Assembly (NCBI GenBank): GCA_001687465.1
Contig: LVLI01000217.1
Location: 62,001-126,000, forward strand
DNA from: Halocafeteria seosinensis
Lineage: Eukaryota
Length of the DNA stretch: 64,000 nucleotides
Reading direction: 5' to 3'
The notes beneath the pieces were generated by a model. That model made no database searches. It saw only the letters and a program-made list of their open reading frames with translations, and was not told where the DNA came from. The position numbers were made by a program, and so were the translations under genes. Below are positions 50,669-64,000 of the stretch, one piece after another; the first letter of the stretch is position 1; each line of letters starts with the position of its first letter.

Positions 50669-53608
50669 ATGGAGTCTGCCTCTCTCTTAGGCAAAGGACT
50701 CCTCACGTGGGAGGAAGTGGTCAACCATCTCGGGCACGATCTGCCCCGTGAATTGAACCTGCATTGCAACAATTTGAATGATTTGGACGCCAAGCAACAG
50801 TTTAATGAAGTAAAGTATTTGAATATTTCGTCCAACAAATTGACAACGTTGAAATCGCACGAGTTTCAGTGGTTCCCGACTTTGGAGACACTGGATGCTT
50901 CGGCCAATGAAATAAGCTCTATAGAGGGATTTGGCGAGGCGACTGAGGGTTTGGTACATTTAAAGCTCGCATATAATGAAATCACGGACCTTGGGTGGTT
51001 GATAAGTTTATATGGTAAGGAGCAGTTCAAGACGTTGGATCTACGAGGGAACAGCATTTCGTCGATACATGAACTGCGGTGGCTGTCTGGTTGCCAGTCT
51101 TTGGAGAGTGTACGATTCAGGGAGTCGAATGGTGCTTCAGCAAACCCTGTGTGTGACCCGCATCGCCTTTACATGGCTGCAGTGCTCACGTTTTGTCCCC
51201 ATATTAAGTACATCGATGGAGTCGAAGTAGAGCAGTCCTTACTGGCACGGCACTCGCGTCAGCAGTCCCCAGGGCTGGCCGCGCGATACCCGCGGCTGTA
51301 TGGGGTTTGGGCTCATCGATATGTCAAGGGAAGAGGCAAGCACGGGAACTCCAATCAGCCAAGGCAAGCAGAGGGTAGTGAAGTGGACCAGCAAGAAAAG
51401 AGCCTAAATGAACAACTCTGGAAGGAAATTGACCAATTGAAAAATCGTCTAAGTGAGCAGGAAGTGGGGGAAAATGACCAACAGACACTCTTGGAACAAG
51501 CGGAAGCGAGGCTTACTGGTGAAAAAGAAGAACTCAAAACCGAAGTAGCGAAATTGAAAAGCGACTTGGAAGAGCGGGAGAAGGTGGAAAATAAGCGTCG
51601 TGAAAGTTTGGAGGAAAAAAACAATAACCTTCAGGAAGAAAACGAACAACTGAAGACGGAAGTAGGAAAATTAAAAAGTGACTTGCTAGAGCACGAGGAG
51701 AAGGAAAATAAGCGCCGTGAGTATGTTGAGGAAGAAAACGAACAACTGAAGACGGAAGTACAGAAATTGAAAACCTACTTGGAAGAGCGCGAGAAGGAAA
51801 TTAAGCGCCTAGGATATTTTGAAGAAAGGACCAGTAAGCTGGAGGAAGAAAAGGGACAACTCAAGACGGAAGTAGAGAAATTGGAAACCTACTTGGAAGA
51901 GCGCGAGGAAGAAATTAAGCGCCTAGGATATTTTGAAGAAAGGACCAGTAAGCTTGAGAAAGAAAAAGAACAACTCAATAAGGAAATTGACGAGTTGAAA
52001 AAGCGCTTTAGAGAGCGAGAAGTAGAGGAAGATGAGCAACGGAGGTCTCTCGAACAAGCGGAAGCGAAACTTACGGCAGAAAATGAACAACTCCAGACAG
52101 AAGTAGGGAAATTGAAAAACCACTTGGAAGAGCGCGAGGGGGAGGCAAATAAGCACCTTCAATCTTTGGAGGAAGAAAAAGAACAACTCAAATCGGATCT
52201 CCGGGAGTTGAAATGCCTCTTGGAAGAACGCGAAGCGGAGGAAAACGAACGCAGAAGGTCTTTGGAGTCTCTTCGTGAAGAGAATGAAATGCTCACTAAC
52301 CGTAGCAAGCACCTCAGTGAGCACAATGAAAAGTTACAGTTACAGTTGGACGAGCGCAGAGAAGAGAAGGAACAGCTCAAATCGGAGACCAAAGAACTGT
52401 ATAAACGATTGGAAGAATACAGAGACGAGGAAAACGAGCTGAGGGCAAAGTTGGAACAAACAAAGGAATATTTGCAAGCTGATATCGAAAGGTGGGAAAA
52501 GAAGTACCAAGATGCAATTCGTCACTACGAACAGCGGCTATTGGACCTGGAGCACGAATGGAGGGAAGCGACCGAGTCCCAAGCTGACGTAGCAGAAGAA
52601 GAGGTTCGAAATGCGTCCTTCTTGTTTAAGCAGACGTATCAACAAAAGCACGATGCGGAAGAACGCGTTCGAAATTTAGAAGCGCAGCTTAATAAATTGC
52701 AGTCACAGCTGGAAACGGTTGAGACAAAGGCTCAGCGGCAGGTCGAAGACAAGGAAGCGCAGCTTAATAAATTGCAGTCACAACTAGAAGCGGCGGATAC
52801 GAAAGCTCAACGTGGGATCGAAGAACGGGAAGTACAGCTTAATAAATTGCAGTCACAGCTGGAAGCCGCGGAGACGAAGGCTCAACGTGAGATGGAAGAA
52901 AAGGAACGAAACTATACGGAGCAGCTGCGCGAGAAAGACCAAACAATGCGTTACTTAAAATCTGAGCTTCAGGATCAGTATCGGAAGATTAGAGAATTAG
53001 AACGCGAACTACATTCGTTACGGGAGGACAACAAGGCCATGGAAAAGCAGAAACAACGTGCAGAGCAACGAGCATATAATGCGGAAGTGGATGCTCAATC
53101 GTATCGGCAGTTTAACGAACAACTCGAAGGAGTCGTACAGGATTTACGCTCCCAGGATCCTGACGAACAGTTGTGCCAAAAACTAGCCGAAAAGGAGGAG
53201 GCTTTAGAATATGTAGAAGCCCAAGTGCGGAACCTGCAGGAACATCTTTACTCGAGGGAACAACGTCAGCATCAGGAGATCGAAAAACTTGATAAGGAGA
53301 AGAAAGCAGTCGAAGAGTCCAAACAGGAGTTGAAAAGTCAACTCTCCCAACGCGATAAAACAATTCGAGAACTCCGTAGTAAAATAAAATCAATTGAGCA
53401 AAGGAACCAAAAAACCGAAAAACATATTGAGACGACGGAAATGGAGCTAAAGGTTCTTTTGGATGAACTTGATAAAGAAAGGGAGAAAAACAAAGAGTAT
53501 GCAGAGTATATGAACAACGTGCAGCAAGCGTTTCGTCAACTCCAGCATTTTCCCCCGTCTCTTGGATCGGAAGACCGTTCTTACGCGGAAACCAAGTCGA
53601 CGAGGTAG
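50669..53608 (+). CDS. SDS22-like LRR + long coiled-coil protein, LRRCC1/VFL1-like (centriolar)
   Basis: LNLHCN, LNISSN, LDASAN, LKLAYN, LDLRGN, LRRcap ANPVC..Y..VLTFCPHIKYIDG, then ~740 aa of coiled coil. Confidence 0.75.
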   Translation: MESASLLGKGLLTWEEVVNHLGHDLPRELNLHCNNLNDLDAKQQFNEVKYLNISSNKLTTLKSHEFQWFPTLETLDASANEISSIEGFGEATEGLVHLKLAYNEITDLGWLISLYGKEQFKTLDLRGNSISSIHELRWLSGCQSLESVRFRESNGASANPVCDPHRLYMAAVLTFCPHIKYIDGVEVEQSLLARHSRQQSPGLAARYPRLYGVWAHRYVKGRGKHGNSNQPRQAEGSEVDQQEKSLNEQLWKEIDQLKNRLSEQEVGENDQQTLLEQAEARLTGEKEELKTEVAKLKSDLEEREKVENKRRESLEEKNNNLQEENEQLKTEVGKLKSDLLEHEEKENKRREYVEEENEQLKTEVQKLKTYLEEREKEIKRLGYFEERTSKLEEEKGQLKTEVEKLETYLEEREEEIKRLGYFEERTSKLEKEKEQLNKEIDELKKRFREREVEEDEQRRSLEQAEAKLTAENEQLQTEVGKLKNHLEEREGEANKHLQSLEEEKEQLKSDLRELKCLLEEREAEENERRRSLESLREENEMLTNRSKHLSEHNEKLQLQLDERREEKEQLKSETKELYKRLEEYRDEENELRAKLEQTKEYLQADIERWEKKYQDAIRHYEQRLLDLEHEWREATESQADVAEEEVRNASFLFKQTYQQKHDAEERVRNLEAQLNKLQSQLETVETKAQRQVEDKEAQLNKLQSQLEAADTKAQRGIEEREVQLNKLQSQLEAAETKAQREMEEKERNYTEQLREKDQTMRYLKSELQDQYRKIRELERELHSLREDNKAMEKQKQRAEQRAYNAEVDAQSYRQFNEQLEGVVQDLRSQDPDEQLCQKLAEKEEALEYVEAQVRNLQEHLYSREQRQHQEIEKLDKEKKAVEESKQELKSQLSQRDKTIRELRSKIKSIEQRNQKTEKHIETTEMELKVLLDELDKEREKNKEYAEYMNNVQQAFRQLQHFPPSLGSEDRSYAETKSTR
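51490..52240 (+). repeat. Coding tandem repeats (93-114 nt units) within the coiled coil
   Basis: Near-identical tacttggaagagcgcgag..aattaagcgcctaggatattttgaagaaaggaccagtaagct at 51776 and 51890; EKEQLKTEVxKLKxxLEERE recurs about 7 times. Confidence 0.85.
52679..52900 (+). repeat. Three 75-nt coding tandem repeats
   Basis: cagcttaataaattgcagtcaca recurs at 75-nt spacing (EAQLNKLQSQLE..TKAQR x3). Confidence 0.9.
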
Positions 53609-54453
53609 AACAACGACTAGCTGGTTGGGATGCTAGGAAATTGCCGTCCGCACCTTCCCCTCCACAGCTGGAATGTTCTATCCCCATCCCCGTGGGGATT
53701 GCTGTGGGGACAAACAGAAACATTTATAATGTTTTCACATAGTGGTTCGCTATTAGTCTGTGTTAATTGCTACTAGCAGTAGTCTTAAAACGTGAGAGGA
53801 ACATTGGAATTTATAGGTTCTTTTTGAAACGAATTCCAGCTGGAATACCTGGTTTTGTGATACAAGTATCAAATTCTAGATTCTTATGCAGCGATTTGGT
53901 CCTATTTTAGACAGTACGGGGCCGAGAATTCCCAAACGAACATTCAATTGCTGAGATAATAAACAATTCCACCATTCACGACGTACGTGGTTCATTAGGT
54001 TAATCCGATAACTTAATCGACAGACCCCGGGTCATACGGAGATTTGGGAAGGCATATAATGAGCTTACATCCAACATCATCTTTTCATATCTGTGTGATT
54101 CTGACCACATAATTTTGGTAAATTCAACTCCGTGCGGAACCTGCCAGGCAGTGCCAGCGAAGGACTGGCCAGTTGCACTCGGGGCAACCCATTAACGGTT
54201 GGAAAGCTAGCTGTTATTTGAAGTCCCTACTGCCGAACACTTGACTGTAAAAACACACAAGAGGCGACAATGAGCTTATTGTTATAGTATAATACTCCTA
54301 GTGCTCATTGACAGTAGCCGGTTTCAAATAGCACGACCACTGGCAATATCCTCGTCCTTGCATCTAGTTCAAAGAGAGACGAGAGGGCTTTGTGTACCTT
54401 CAATCATCCGTACACGTTGAGCATACGGCTAACGAAGCGCTACAAGAATCGAG

Positions 54454-57400
54454 ATGGATCGAAGCCCTCTGGGGCACCACTCGTTCTTAAGAGAGCTTGC
54501 CTCTCAGGTCCTGAGGTCCCGGAAGCCCGTAAACTTTCCCATCCCGTTCACTGCATTTATCGAGTTTGAACATGTAAGTGGTGCTATGGTGCTACATCTA
54601 AGACACACATCGCAGCATTATATGCATACCCTTTCAGGATACTCCGGAATGCACGGCTATGTACACTGGCGCCTCTGGTGCATTGATTGTTAAGCGCGAT
54701 GAGACTCCAGTTCAACTAAGGGACAAGTTATTCGCAACCAAGAAGAAGAAGGTACGATATCTTTCTTTAAAAACAATATCCTTTAGAAGGGCGTTTACAG
54801 CTTTCAGCGATAACTGAAACAGATCACGGTGGCTCGTGTACTCTATAGTGACGACGCTGAGGAAGAAATCAAGAAAGGGGACTTCTTGAGTAGGAATGGA
54901 CAAATATCGAAAGCAATTCTGTCGAGGAAACAAGGTGTCATTGTGGTACAGGTACGGCGTCTGATTCCGTCCTTTAGAATAACTGTTTGTGGCTTTACTA
55001 GAACGGGGTGTTACAGGCACAACCTGGTTTCAAAGTTAGCGGAAAGTACATGCTGAAACTAACGTCTGGAGTTGGAGGAAACGTACGGGATTTGTGTTCT
55101 CTCTCTTCGTCCTCTTTATTTGCACACAATTATCACAATGCAGAATGTCAATCTTGAAAAGCTTTCCACTGGTGGGGTCGACACTAGTTCACCGGAGATG
55201 GAACCGATAGTGTCCTCTATTGAAATGTTCCGTACACATTGGATGAAACTAACGGTAGGCAGCAGTCCACTCCGTCTTCCTTTGCGACTGTTTTGATCAA
55301 GCATAAATTATGGATTTGTCACATTGCAGAAAAAATTCATCAACCAGGCACACATTATTTTCGTGAAGAGTAAAGAAAAGGCATGGACTGCAATTGAGGT
55401 CCGAAATTTTCTCACTTCGAAGGTTGAGGACTCTCAGGAGGGCCGAGACCAATTCGATTTTCTTCCTGAAATCCAAACTTCTGCCGCGAATGCTGACGGG
55501 CGAGCCTCTCCAGTTGCAACAAGTGGTTCTTTGGGAGCAACAAGCACAGGGAATGACTCAAGGGTAACGTTCGAACGTGGTCAACGTTGGAGAGTCAGCC
55601 CCGACGACCCTAGCAGCGCAACCATGCTTGAACATGAATCTAGAAATGCCTCCGGCGAAACATTCACAATCCGCGGGAAGCCTTTTCTAGCCACTCCAAC
55701 AACCACAGAAGGAGTCCAGTGGAATCGTGATCAACATCAGAACCGACAACCGTCTGTTTCTGAATTGCAAGCCCAGTTAGACGAAAAATCTCAACTGGTT
55801 GTCGATCTACAGAGAGATTTGGAGAAATGTCGCAATTCGATTGCTACGTCGGAGAGACTGCGTAACTTGGTCAAGGATAGCAGGCGTGATCCAGTCGACG
55901 AACTTGAACAAGAAATTATTACGCTTACTCAGAGTTTAGAAGAAGCAAAAAACGATGCAAAGCGAGCCCACCAAGACGCCAGGAATCAACTGGAGAAGGA
56001 GCACGTACGAGACTTAACAAGCATGAAGGAGAAAGTTCAAGATCTCCAGGTAGAGTCGCGAAAATTGGAGAATGAGCTTAGAACAACCAAAATGGAGAAT
56101 AAAGATCTAGAGAAAAGGAACGAGCAGTTGAAGTCCCAGAATGAAAAGTTGGCAAGCCACTTTGAGTCTTTGCTAAACTCCTGCAAAACTGCTCAGGGAA
56201 AGGCGGAGGTCGATCCGTACGCTGAAGAAGTTAAGAGACTTGAAAGTCAAGTTGCCTCTTTGAAAAATGACTTATCTGATTCCCAACAAGCAAAAGCCCA
56301 GCTGGCTCGGGAATTAGCAAACATCCACTCTAAGTGGATGGAGGAACGAACGAAGCAGCCGGTGCAGAACCAGCGAGCAACCATAGACAGTGGGATGTCG
56401 ATTGCTGCAGAAGACTGTAAGAGCTACGAAATTGGATGGGTTACTGCTGAAGGAGAAGCGCTGGCGGAAGCTAAATTAGCCCAGAAAAAAACAGACGCAA
56501 TTCGGAAAGAAATAAAGCAACTAAAGGAAGAGTTGGATAGAACTCAAGCGACGTACCAGGAGTGCCGGGAAGAACTGCATCAAAAAACATATGAACTCAA
56601 CCTCGCTAAACAACGGGAGCACGCATACGAACCCTATATGGAAACGAAAGATGCCGAAGTGCGAGCGTTGAGAGAGGAGTTATCAGCTGTTCGGCGAATG
56701 TACACGAGTAACAGCGCAGCATCTTCTACTCTTCGAGAAAAATCACTAACTTCCACTGTAGACCGTCTGCAAAAGGACCTCGAGAGATCACACGAATCCA
56801 CGGAGAAGTATCGGAACTTGTTGGACAATGCCACACAAACGATAAATGATCTCAGGGAAAAAGTGCGTCAATGTCACCGTGACTCGATAAACAAGCAAGA
56901 AGCGATTAGGGCAGAAAATGAATCTCAAAGGATGATAGAACACTCGGAAATGGAGGAAAAATTGAGAGCACTCGAGAAGTCCTACGAAGAGAAACTTCTG
57001 CGAGAATCTCAGTTTTATAAAGACAAAATGTATGCGTACATTAAGAAGCTCGAGAAGTCCAACTCAGAGCGCCTGGAATCTATAGAGGAAATGAGCAAGA
57101 GTTCCTCGGGAGACGCCCTGGAGACCGAATACCGTAAGCTTTACTCAAGCGTGGAACAATTGCAAGCTATATCTGCTGACGAAGGTAAGAAATGTTTCGA
57201 AGTCTAGTACCGCTAGACAAGGATGGCTTTATTGTTCTATGCGTTACAGACCACGTGCGATACATGAAAGAAATGACGAAGAAATATTTTGAAAGCCAGA
57301 AGACGCTCCAGCAAACCCGAGAGAAGCTGGTACGAATATCTTCTCAACACGCAAAATCTGAGTCTTCAATGTCGGTTGAAGCGCAAAAGCTTGTGGTTGA

Positions 57401-60400
57401 TTCCGTTTCGGAAGTTATGCACGTCCAAGCAACATCGGACGCTAAAGCCTCCGCTGCTGTAGCCAAGTTAGAGGGACAGCTGAAAAGGAGACAAGACGAA
57501 CTGAACTCCTTGATAAGAAAGAACAATCAAAGTGACAGGACAATCGAGGCCTTAAAGCGGGAGAGAGACTTTGCGAAGAAGTGCATGGAAGAGATGCAGC
57601 AGTCGTGTGCGAGTACTGAGAGGACAGCTAAGCAGTTTAAAGAAAGCCTAAGAAAAGCCAACGAGGAGGTCGAAAAGCTGAGTCGAAAACTAGAGGATTC
57701 AAGGAAAGCTGAAAATCTCAAACTTCCATATGAGATGTGGAAAGAAGAAACTTCCAAAGTTGTTGCAAGCATTCAAGGTAAAGCGCACCAGAGCACTGAG
57801 AAAATGGTTGGTAAGATACAGTTAGAAGTATTTGGACAGTTTGAGAATAAGATAAAGCAACTGGAGACGGACATGGAGCTTATGAAGATAGCACATCAAC
57901 GAGATATGGACACCAAGGAGGAAGCCATGAGAAAATGGCCCGAGCAGCTTAAAGAGCAGTTGTTGCAACAAAGGTCACAAGAGTATGAACGAAGCTTGGC
58001 CCTCAAACAAGAAGAGCGCAACCGTTCGTTGTCACAGATCCAAAAGAAGAAGATATTACTTGAGAGGAAATTCGAAACGGAAAAAGAAGAAATGAGAATG
58101 AAGCATGAAGAGAGTGTGAAAGCGCAAGAGTGGAAAGTGACTTCCAAATGTCGCGATTACGCTAACCAACGCATTAAGGAAGTGCACCAACGGTTGGAAC
58201 AAGCTTTCCAGCTCAGATCAGAGGCCAATCAAGCCATCTTTTCTAAGGAACGCCACGAATTGATGATACAGATAAAATCCTTACAATCGCAGATAAGCTC
58301 CGCTGAGCCGGCAGATTCTAAGCAACTTTCACCTGACAAACACGCAGTTGAAATAAACAAATATCTCGCTGAAATAAGGGAAACATACTCAAAATCAATG
58401 GAGGAAAAGCGGCATTTTGAAGAAACGAAAATGGCAGAAAAAAGACGGAAAACTTCATTGGATAGTATTTCTCAAGAACTGCGTAAGTCCAGGGCAGATA
58501 TGACAGCAGTCTCGAAGAGGGAGCTACAGACGATTAGAGAGAACTGCAAGTATCTGAAACAAGACTTTGTAAAAGAACAAACAGAAGTCGAACAGCTGAA
58601 AGACATGTTGCGAAAGCTCATGCAGGCACTAAGAGAGTACACGCCAAACAACTTTGAGCGCGACGATTATGGGTCACTAATTATTGAAGAGGGGAAGGAA
58701 GACGAAGATCAAAGTGCTCTAAGAGAAAAATTGCGTCGAGCGAATGAGAAGATACGCCAACTAACGTCAGATGAAAAACACCTCGGGGAACTTAAGAATC
58801 AAGTCAACGCACTCAACACCGCCCTCCATGAGGTTCTGCACAAGATTGAGGCTCAAGTGAAGGAGTCAGGAACTATCGAACACGGAGAAGCGGACTCCAA
58901 GATGTTAAGTATGCGAGATTCAGAACTATACAGCGCGATGAGAGCAGACCTTTTGGAGTGGGTCTCCAAAGTTCTAGAAAGTAACCAGTTTACCGTCGAG
59001 CAAAGCAGTTCCGAAAAGTCTGCAATTATGCCCCTAGTAGTCTATGATGAGGCAGGCAACGTCAACACGCAACTGCTTGACGATGTCGCTCAAGGGCAGC
59101 TTGCAGATATGAAGGATAAGCTAAGCGCTGCTAATGAGAGAATCACACGACTTGATCTAGAGATTAAAAGTTATCAAGATGAGCTCATGAGGGAGCAAAG
59201 TAGCTCTTCGTTAAAGGAGAGTGAACGTGGAAGTAAGACATCGTGCACTCAATGTCAGCAGGAGCGAACCAAGCTTCGAGAATCTGAAGATGAATTGATG
59301 AAGGCTAATGATAAAATAGAACGGTTATTACGCGAAATGGAAGTCCAGAAGTCTGAAAAGCAGCATGAGGCTGAGCGATACGAGCTAACGGTTTCCCGTC
59401 TTAAACAACAACTGATTAGTTTGGAAGCGGAGCAGAAAGACCTTAAAGAAGCCCAAAAAGAAGAATTGGAGAAAGAGCGCAGAGAATACGACAGTAAACT
59501 GTCTAGACTTCGTGCTGAAAGAGACGAAAAGATAGCAGAGTCACAGCAACGGGAGAAAGAGATGCAGCAAGAGTTCGACCGAAGACAGCAAGAAATTTTT
59601 AAGTCTCTTGAGGAAGAAGACAAGCACAACCTTGAGCAGAAGAACCAAATATTGGAACGAATGCGAGCGGATCATGAAAAGCAAATTCAGCGACTAAGAG
59701 AGGAATACGACGACAAGTTTCGGTCTGTTCAGGTGGAGCACAATGACCAAATTGTGCGGCTCATGGAAAAGCATCAAGAAGAGGTTGAAGAACTTCGAGA
59801 CAATATGGCCAAAGAAGCCTCTGAACAACGATCCAAAGAAATAGAAGAGCTACGTTCCTCACTTTCCCAGCGAGAACAGGAGAGAATCGATTCCTTAAGA
59901 GAGCAAGTAGACCAAGAATTTGCTGTGGCCACTGAGGAAGCTCGAGAGGCTCAAGATCAAGCCGTTCAACAGGCCTATGAACAGCATCAAGAAGAACTGA
60001 AGCAGCTTTATGCTGAGCATCAAGACGAAATAAATCGATTGATAGATGACAAAGACCGCGAACTGAGAGCTGCCGAGGCGAAGCACATGGAACAGTTGGC
60101 TGAGACTCGTCGCCACTACGAGAACAGGATAGAGGAACTGCAAGACGAGACTGAGAAAACGATAGAACAAGTCCGAGTACAGAGCCAGGAGGACCAGAAA
60201 AAGGCTATTGAGCGGGCTGTGTCTACTGCCAAACGAAACGCCGAAACCGCCGCGGGAGGTGCTGCAGAAGAATTGACTACCCAACTCCAAGAAATGCAGA
60301 GTGAGAACGACGAACTGCGAAAGGCGAATGACGACCTCGAGAAAGAGCTCAGACGTATAGAGTCCAAGATTGAGGACGACGAAGATCTGTATGCTCACCG

Positions 60401-63111
60401 TGTAAATCAGTTGCGAATGGAATTGGAGGATGCAAGAGCTCATGCATTGAGACATGATCCACGAGACGTGCAAAAACGTCTAGATGACGCTACACGACAG
60501 GCTGAGGAGTATTTATCCAAGGGTCTTAAAGAAGCTAGGGAGCATATGGAAAAAGAGCTAGCTGATCGAACAGAGACGATGCGTAACAGAGCTGCTCGGC
60601 AAAACGACCAGTTTGCAGCCATGAGAGAAGAATGGGTAGAAGAACGAAACTCCCTGAAGCATCAAATTGACGAAGCCCAATCCTTTTCAGAGGAGCTTCA
60701 ACAAGAAATTGAGCGACTTCGTGCCAGCCAACAACAGCATATATCTGACTTACGAGCGCAGCTCCAGTCCTCCCATGAGTCGGAAATCGAAAAGCTGCGT
60801 GAATCGCTGACCCAAAAGCATTCTGAGGAGCTTGAGCGCCACAAAAGGGCCTTCGAAGAAGAAGCCGATGCAAAATTTAGGGAAGCAAAGGACACATGGG
60901 AAGCAGACAAGGCACGAGAAATCGCTACACTGAAATCAAATTACGAAAGACAGATGAGAGAGTTTGAAGAAGAAGCCAACAATGTTAAAAGTGCCGCTTT
61001 AAGATCCTTGGAAGAAAAGCACAAGGATGCCATGGAGAGCGCGTTCAGCCGAGCTCTAGAGGAACGAGAATCCGCCGTAAAGACGGCTATTGAGGAGAAG
61101 CAGACCGCTATTAAGGAGGTAGAGGCTCGGTGTCAGAAGGAGGTTGATGCCGCTAAGGAGGCTGCATCGGATATGCTTGAGAAAATGAAGCAAGAATATG
61201 AAGCCTCGACGAGAGATAAGGAACAAAGGTGGAAACGACAGCAGGACGTAGAAGTTGAGAATGCCATTCGCGAAGCGAAACGTACAGCCGATCAAACCCT
61301 AGCCGAAAGTCAGAGGATTTGGCAACGGCGTTTAGAAGACGTCGTCAATGCGAAGGAGAAAGAAATGGTCGAAGCAGTGATGGATATCCAAAATGAGGCT
61401 AAGATGCTGTCGCAACAACATGCTCAGACAATGGAGGGTTTGCAGATGGAATACGAGGAAAGCAGGACACGGCTATTACAAAGAGCGGATGAACATCTGC
61501 AGGTAACAGTAGATCGGGCTCTGGCGCAAGCAGAAGAAGAAAAATCTTCAGCGTTACAAGCATTCAATGCGGAATGGTCACACCGCCTGAATAAGCGTGA
61601 GGATGAGTTGACGGCTATTCATGAACAGAAAGTGCAAAGCCTGAAAAGCCAATACGCTGATGAAATGGAGTCTGCAATGTCTGCTATGGAACAGCAAAGA
61701 ATCGATGCCATAAATGAGTTTATGAAAGAAGCAAAGGCTGAAAGGGAACGAATGCAGGAATTGACAAAAGAAAAGGTGAAAGAAGCAGTAAAGCAAGCAG
61801 AAGAGAAAGCCAGGCTTCAACTCGAGACTTCTATGCAACAAGCAGAACAAGATAAATTGGCGGCTGTAGATGCTGCTGTAAAGCAAGCAGAGCACCAAAA
61901 GGCCAGAGCTGTTGAAGAGGTGAGAAAACAATGCGCTGAGGAACAAGAGGAGGCCATGGAAGAGCTGCGGGAGGAGAGTGAAAAGTTGCTAGGTTCCATT
62001 GAAGGGGCTATGAACAAACTTCGGGAAGAAAGGGACTTATCGGATGAGGAATGCGCGGAACTGCGGGAGCAATTAGAAGCTCAAGAAGAAATCTCCTACA
62101 AACTAAGGCAACAGGTGGATAATCTTAAGAAATCAGGCGTTCTCCAAGGACTTGTGCTCATGAAAACGATAGCTGCAGGTATTAAGAAAAGATCGCAAAT
62201 TGAACAGAACTTAACAAGAGAGAAAGTGAATGAGCTAAAGGAATTGGAAGATTCGTGGTCGCAGAAATATGCTGAACTCCGTCAACAGTACGAAGAAGAA
62301 GTAAACAAGGTTAATCAGTTTATTGCGATGCAAAATGCGTTATTTGAGACGTTGATGAACTACAAAAAGGAGATGTTACTGGAGCACAAGATTCAGAGCA
62401 GCGTGCTACAAAACGAAATTGCAGATATCTTCGACCGGAAAACGGTAAGTTATGAAGTGTGATGACCTTGGATGCCGGCCTCAAATTATTATTCCTTGTT
62501 GTAAATATCGCAGTCGTTAGAAAAAACTCGTGAGGAGCTTGTCAAGACTATGGGAACGATGGAAGGCCAAGTCCAGCAACTTGAGACCCAAATGCAATCC
62601 TTATTCAGTCAGAGAGTAGTCAAGAACGGAGAAGTCGATACTCAACTAAAACGAAGGAAACAGCAAGTTCAAAAAGATATCGACCATATGCTTGTTAAAG
62701 TAAGAGCGCCGCTCATTTTCTTACCTTGCGTCTGTCTGTCGCTGCAATGTATCACGTTGGATGTGATTACAGATATCCGAACACCACGACAAGATCCAGG
62801 ACGTGAAAGCTCAAATCCAGGAGGCAGATGACGAGCGAACAACGAAGGAAGAGCAACTGAAATATGTTGAAGCTCAACTCGTCAACACGCTTTTGGAACA
62901 ACAGAAGAAGCTTATGTATTGTCTGCAAAGTGTTCAAGTGGATTCGGACAAACAACGTAATGACTATGGAGAAGAAAACCTAGGAGACATCATGCCGCAG
63001 GAGATGAAGGATGTCCTAGCAAGAAATGCAAGTGCTGGTAGAGATGACGAAAGCAAGTATGACGACAGCGATCGAGGAAGTGATTCGGGGGATGGTTATG
63101 TCGTCGAATAA
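54454..63111 (+). CDS. Giant (>2500 aa) coiled-coil protein with a small spliced globular N-terminus (possibly PH-like)
   Basis: Intron 57184-57249 (GTAAGA..TTACAG) joins the 627- and 1756-aa ORFs. Further introns start at 62445 and 62700, and several short exons lie at 54454-55330. The exact start is uncertain. Confidence 0.75.
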
Positions 63112-63444
63112 ATGTACACACCGAAACACTCACACTAACCGGTGGGCTGCTACAAAGTAGTACAAACGTCCACACACATATCGCATTGCTTTCTTCAACA
63201 GGATATGCATTTAGAGAGGATGTTTATTGTACGTAACCACAGGACCAAATATATATATATGGTATGTCTTAGACAACGTACGGTAGTTGGGCCCGGATTG
63301 TCCGGGCTTCTCGCCAGACACAGACTCTTCTCCGAGCCCTTAACTGACTGAGTAGACGCTCATCTCCCGTATGAATGGTCTTTTTGTGCCGTGCACATTT
63401 ATGTACACTCTGTACAGTATAGTTTGCACGGAGGAGGTACAATT

Positions 63445-63946
63445 ATGCAGGGAAGAGCGTTGCTTTGCAGCAGGAAAGTGGCCTTCCAGGCTCTGCCACA
63501 CCCGAGTTTTGCAGCATTAAGACCTCCGAGTGTCTTTCGAAACACAACTAGCACTTTCTCTGGTATCAACAGCATCAATAGACCACTGGTTAGGCGTTCG
63601 TTTGCTTCGACGTCCAAACCAGACGACGCCTCCTTTTCCCAACAACCTCAATATGAATACGAAAAGGCCGCCGCCGAGGAGCAATATGAGCAACTGAACC
63701 AATTTGGTCTTTCAAAACATGAACAATCGCTCTTTCGACACGAAGAGGAAGAGCTGCCCTCTTTACCAGACCACGGCTTTCGCTTTTACACCTCTCCTGA
63801 TCAGCTGCAAGATCGGAATGAACCTGTTAAACGAGCTCTAAGTACCCGGACGGCCTCACTGACAGAATATCGTCGTTTTAAGCGCCAGCAAATTATTAAC
63901 AAGTATCGAACTGATATGTTTGATACAGGATCATCCAGAGTACAGG
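63445..63946 (+). CDS. Mitochondrial ribosomal protein uS15m, first exon (continues off-window)
   Basis: Arg/Ser-rich transit peptide (..LVRRSFAST), then VKRALSTRTAS..FKRQQIINKYRTDMFDTGSSRVQ, followed by a GTAAGT donor. Confidence 0.85.
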
Positions 63947-64000
63947 GTAAGTGTTATGTCTGCCTTCTGATGAACTATCTTCGACGTGCTAGTTATACTC

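Noticed and set aside
54105..54170. TPP-riboswitch-like string GAACCTG..GCCAGCGAAGGA and an Sm-site-like ATAATTTTGG
   Set aside because: The P5 stem does not pair, there is no nearby CTGAGA element or thiamine gene, and no snRNA 5' motif. An Rfam scan would settle it.
57184..57249. Overlapping ORFs suggesting programmed frameshifts (also at 27386-27489 and 29814-29890)
   Set aside because: Each junction contains a canonical GT-AG intron that restores the frame.

Overview
Compact eukaryotic (protist-like, possibly stramenopile; lineage not determined) nuclear DNA using the standard genetic code. Introns are short GT-AG, mostly 55-85 nt, and about 19 genes are tightly packed, largely in alternating orientation. 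Recognisable genes are ROD/KNTC1, HPPD, PINX1/Gno1, RPN9/PSMD13, an LRRCC1/VFL1-like protein, mitochondrial uS15, an RmlD/MAT2B-like reductase, a TPR-JmjC protein, GT47+GT34 and GT34 glycosyltransferases, and REEP/HVA22-like and DUF1084-like membrane proteins. The most striking part is the first 12 kb. A gene almost invisible in the ORF track (8924->4164, minus) can be spliced by hand into 33 exons and 811 aa: a secreted LRR protein with one LRR per exon and all 32 introns in phase 2. It lies tail-to-tail with a paralogous membrane-anchored LRR gene whose entire LRR array is intronless, and it is followed by a decayed Crinkler-like PD-(D/E)xK nuclease relic. Also notable is a protein combining a catalytically dead SWR1-type ATPase fragment with an MCRS1-like FHA domain. 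All gene models were built by hand, and family assignments come from motif recall, not database searches.
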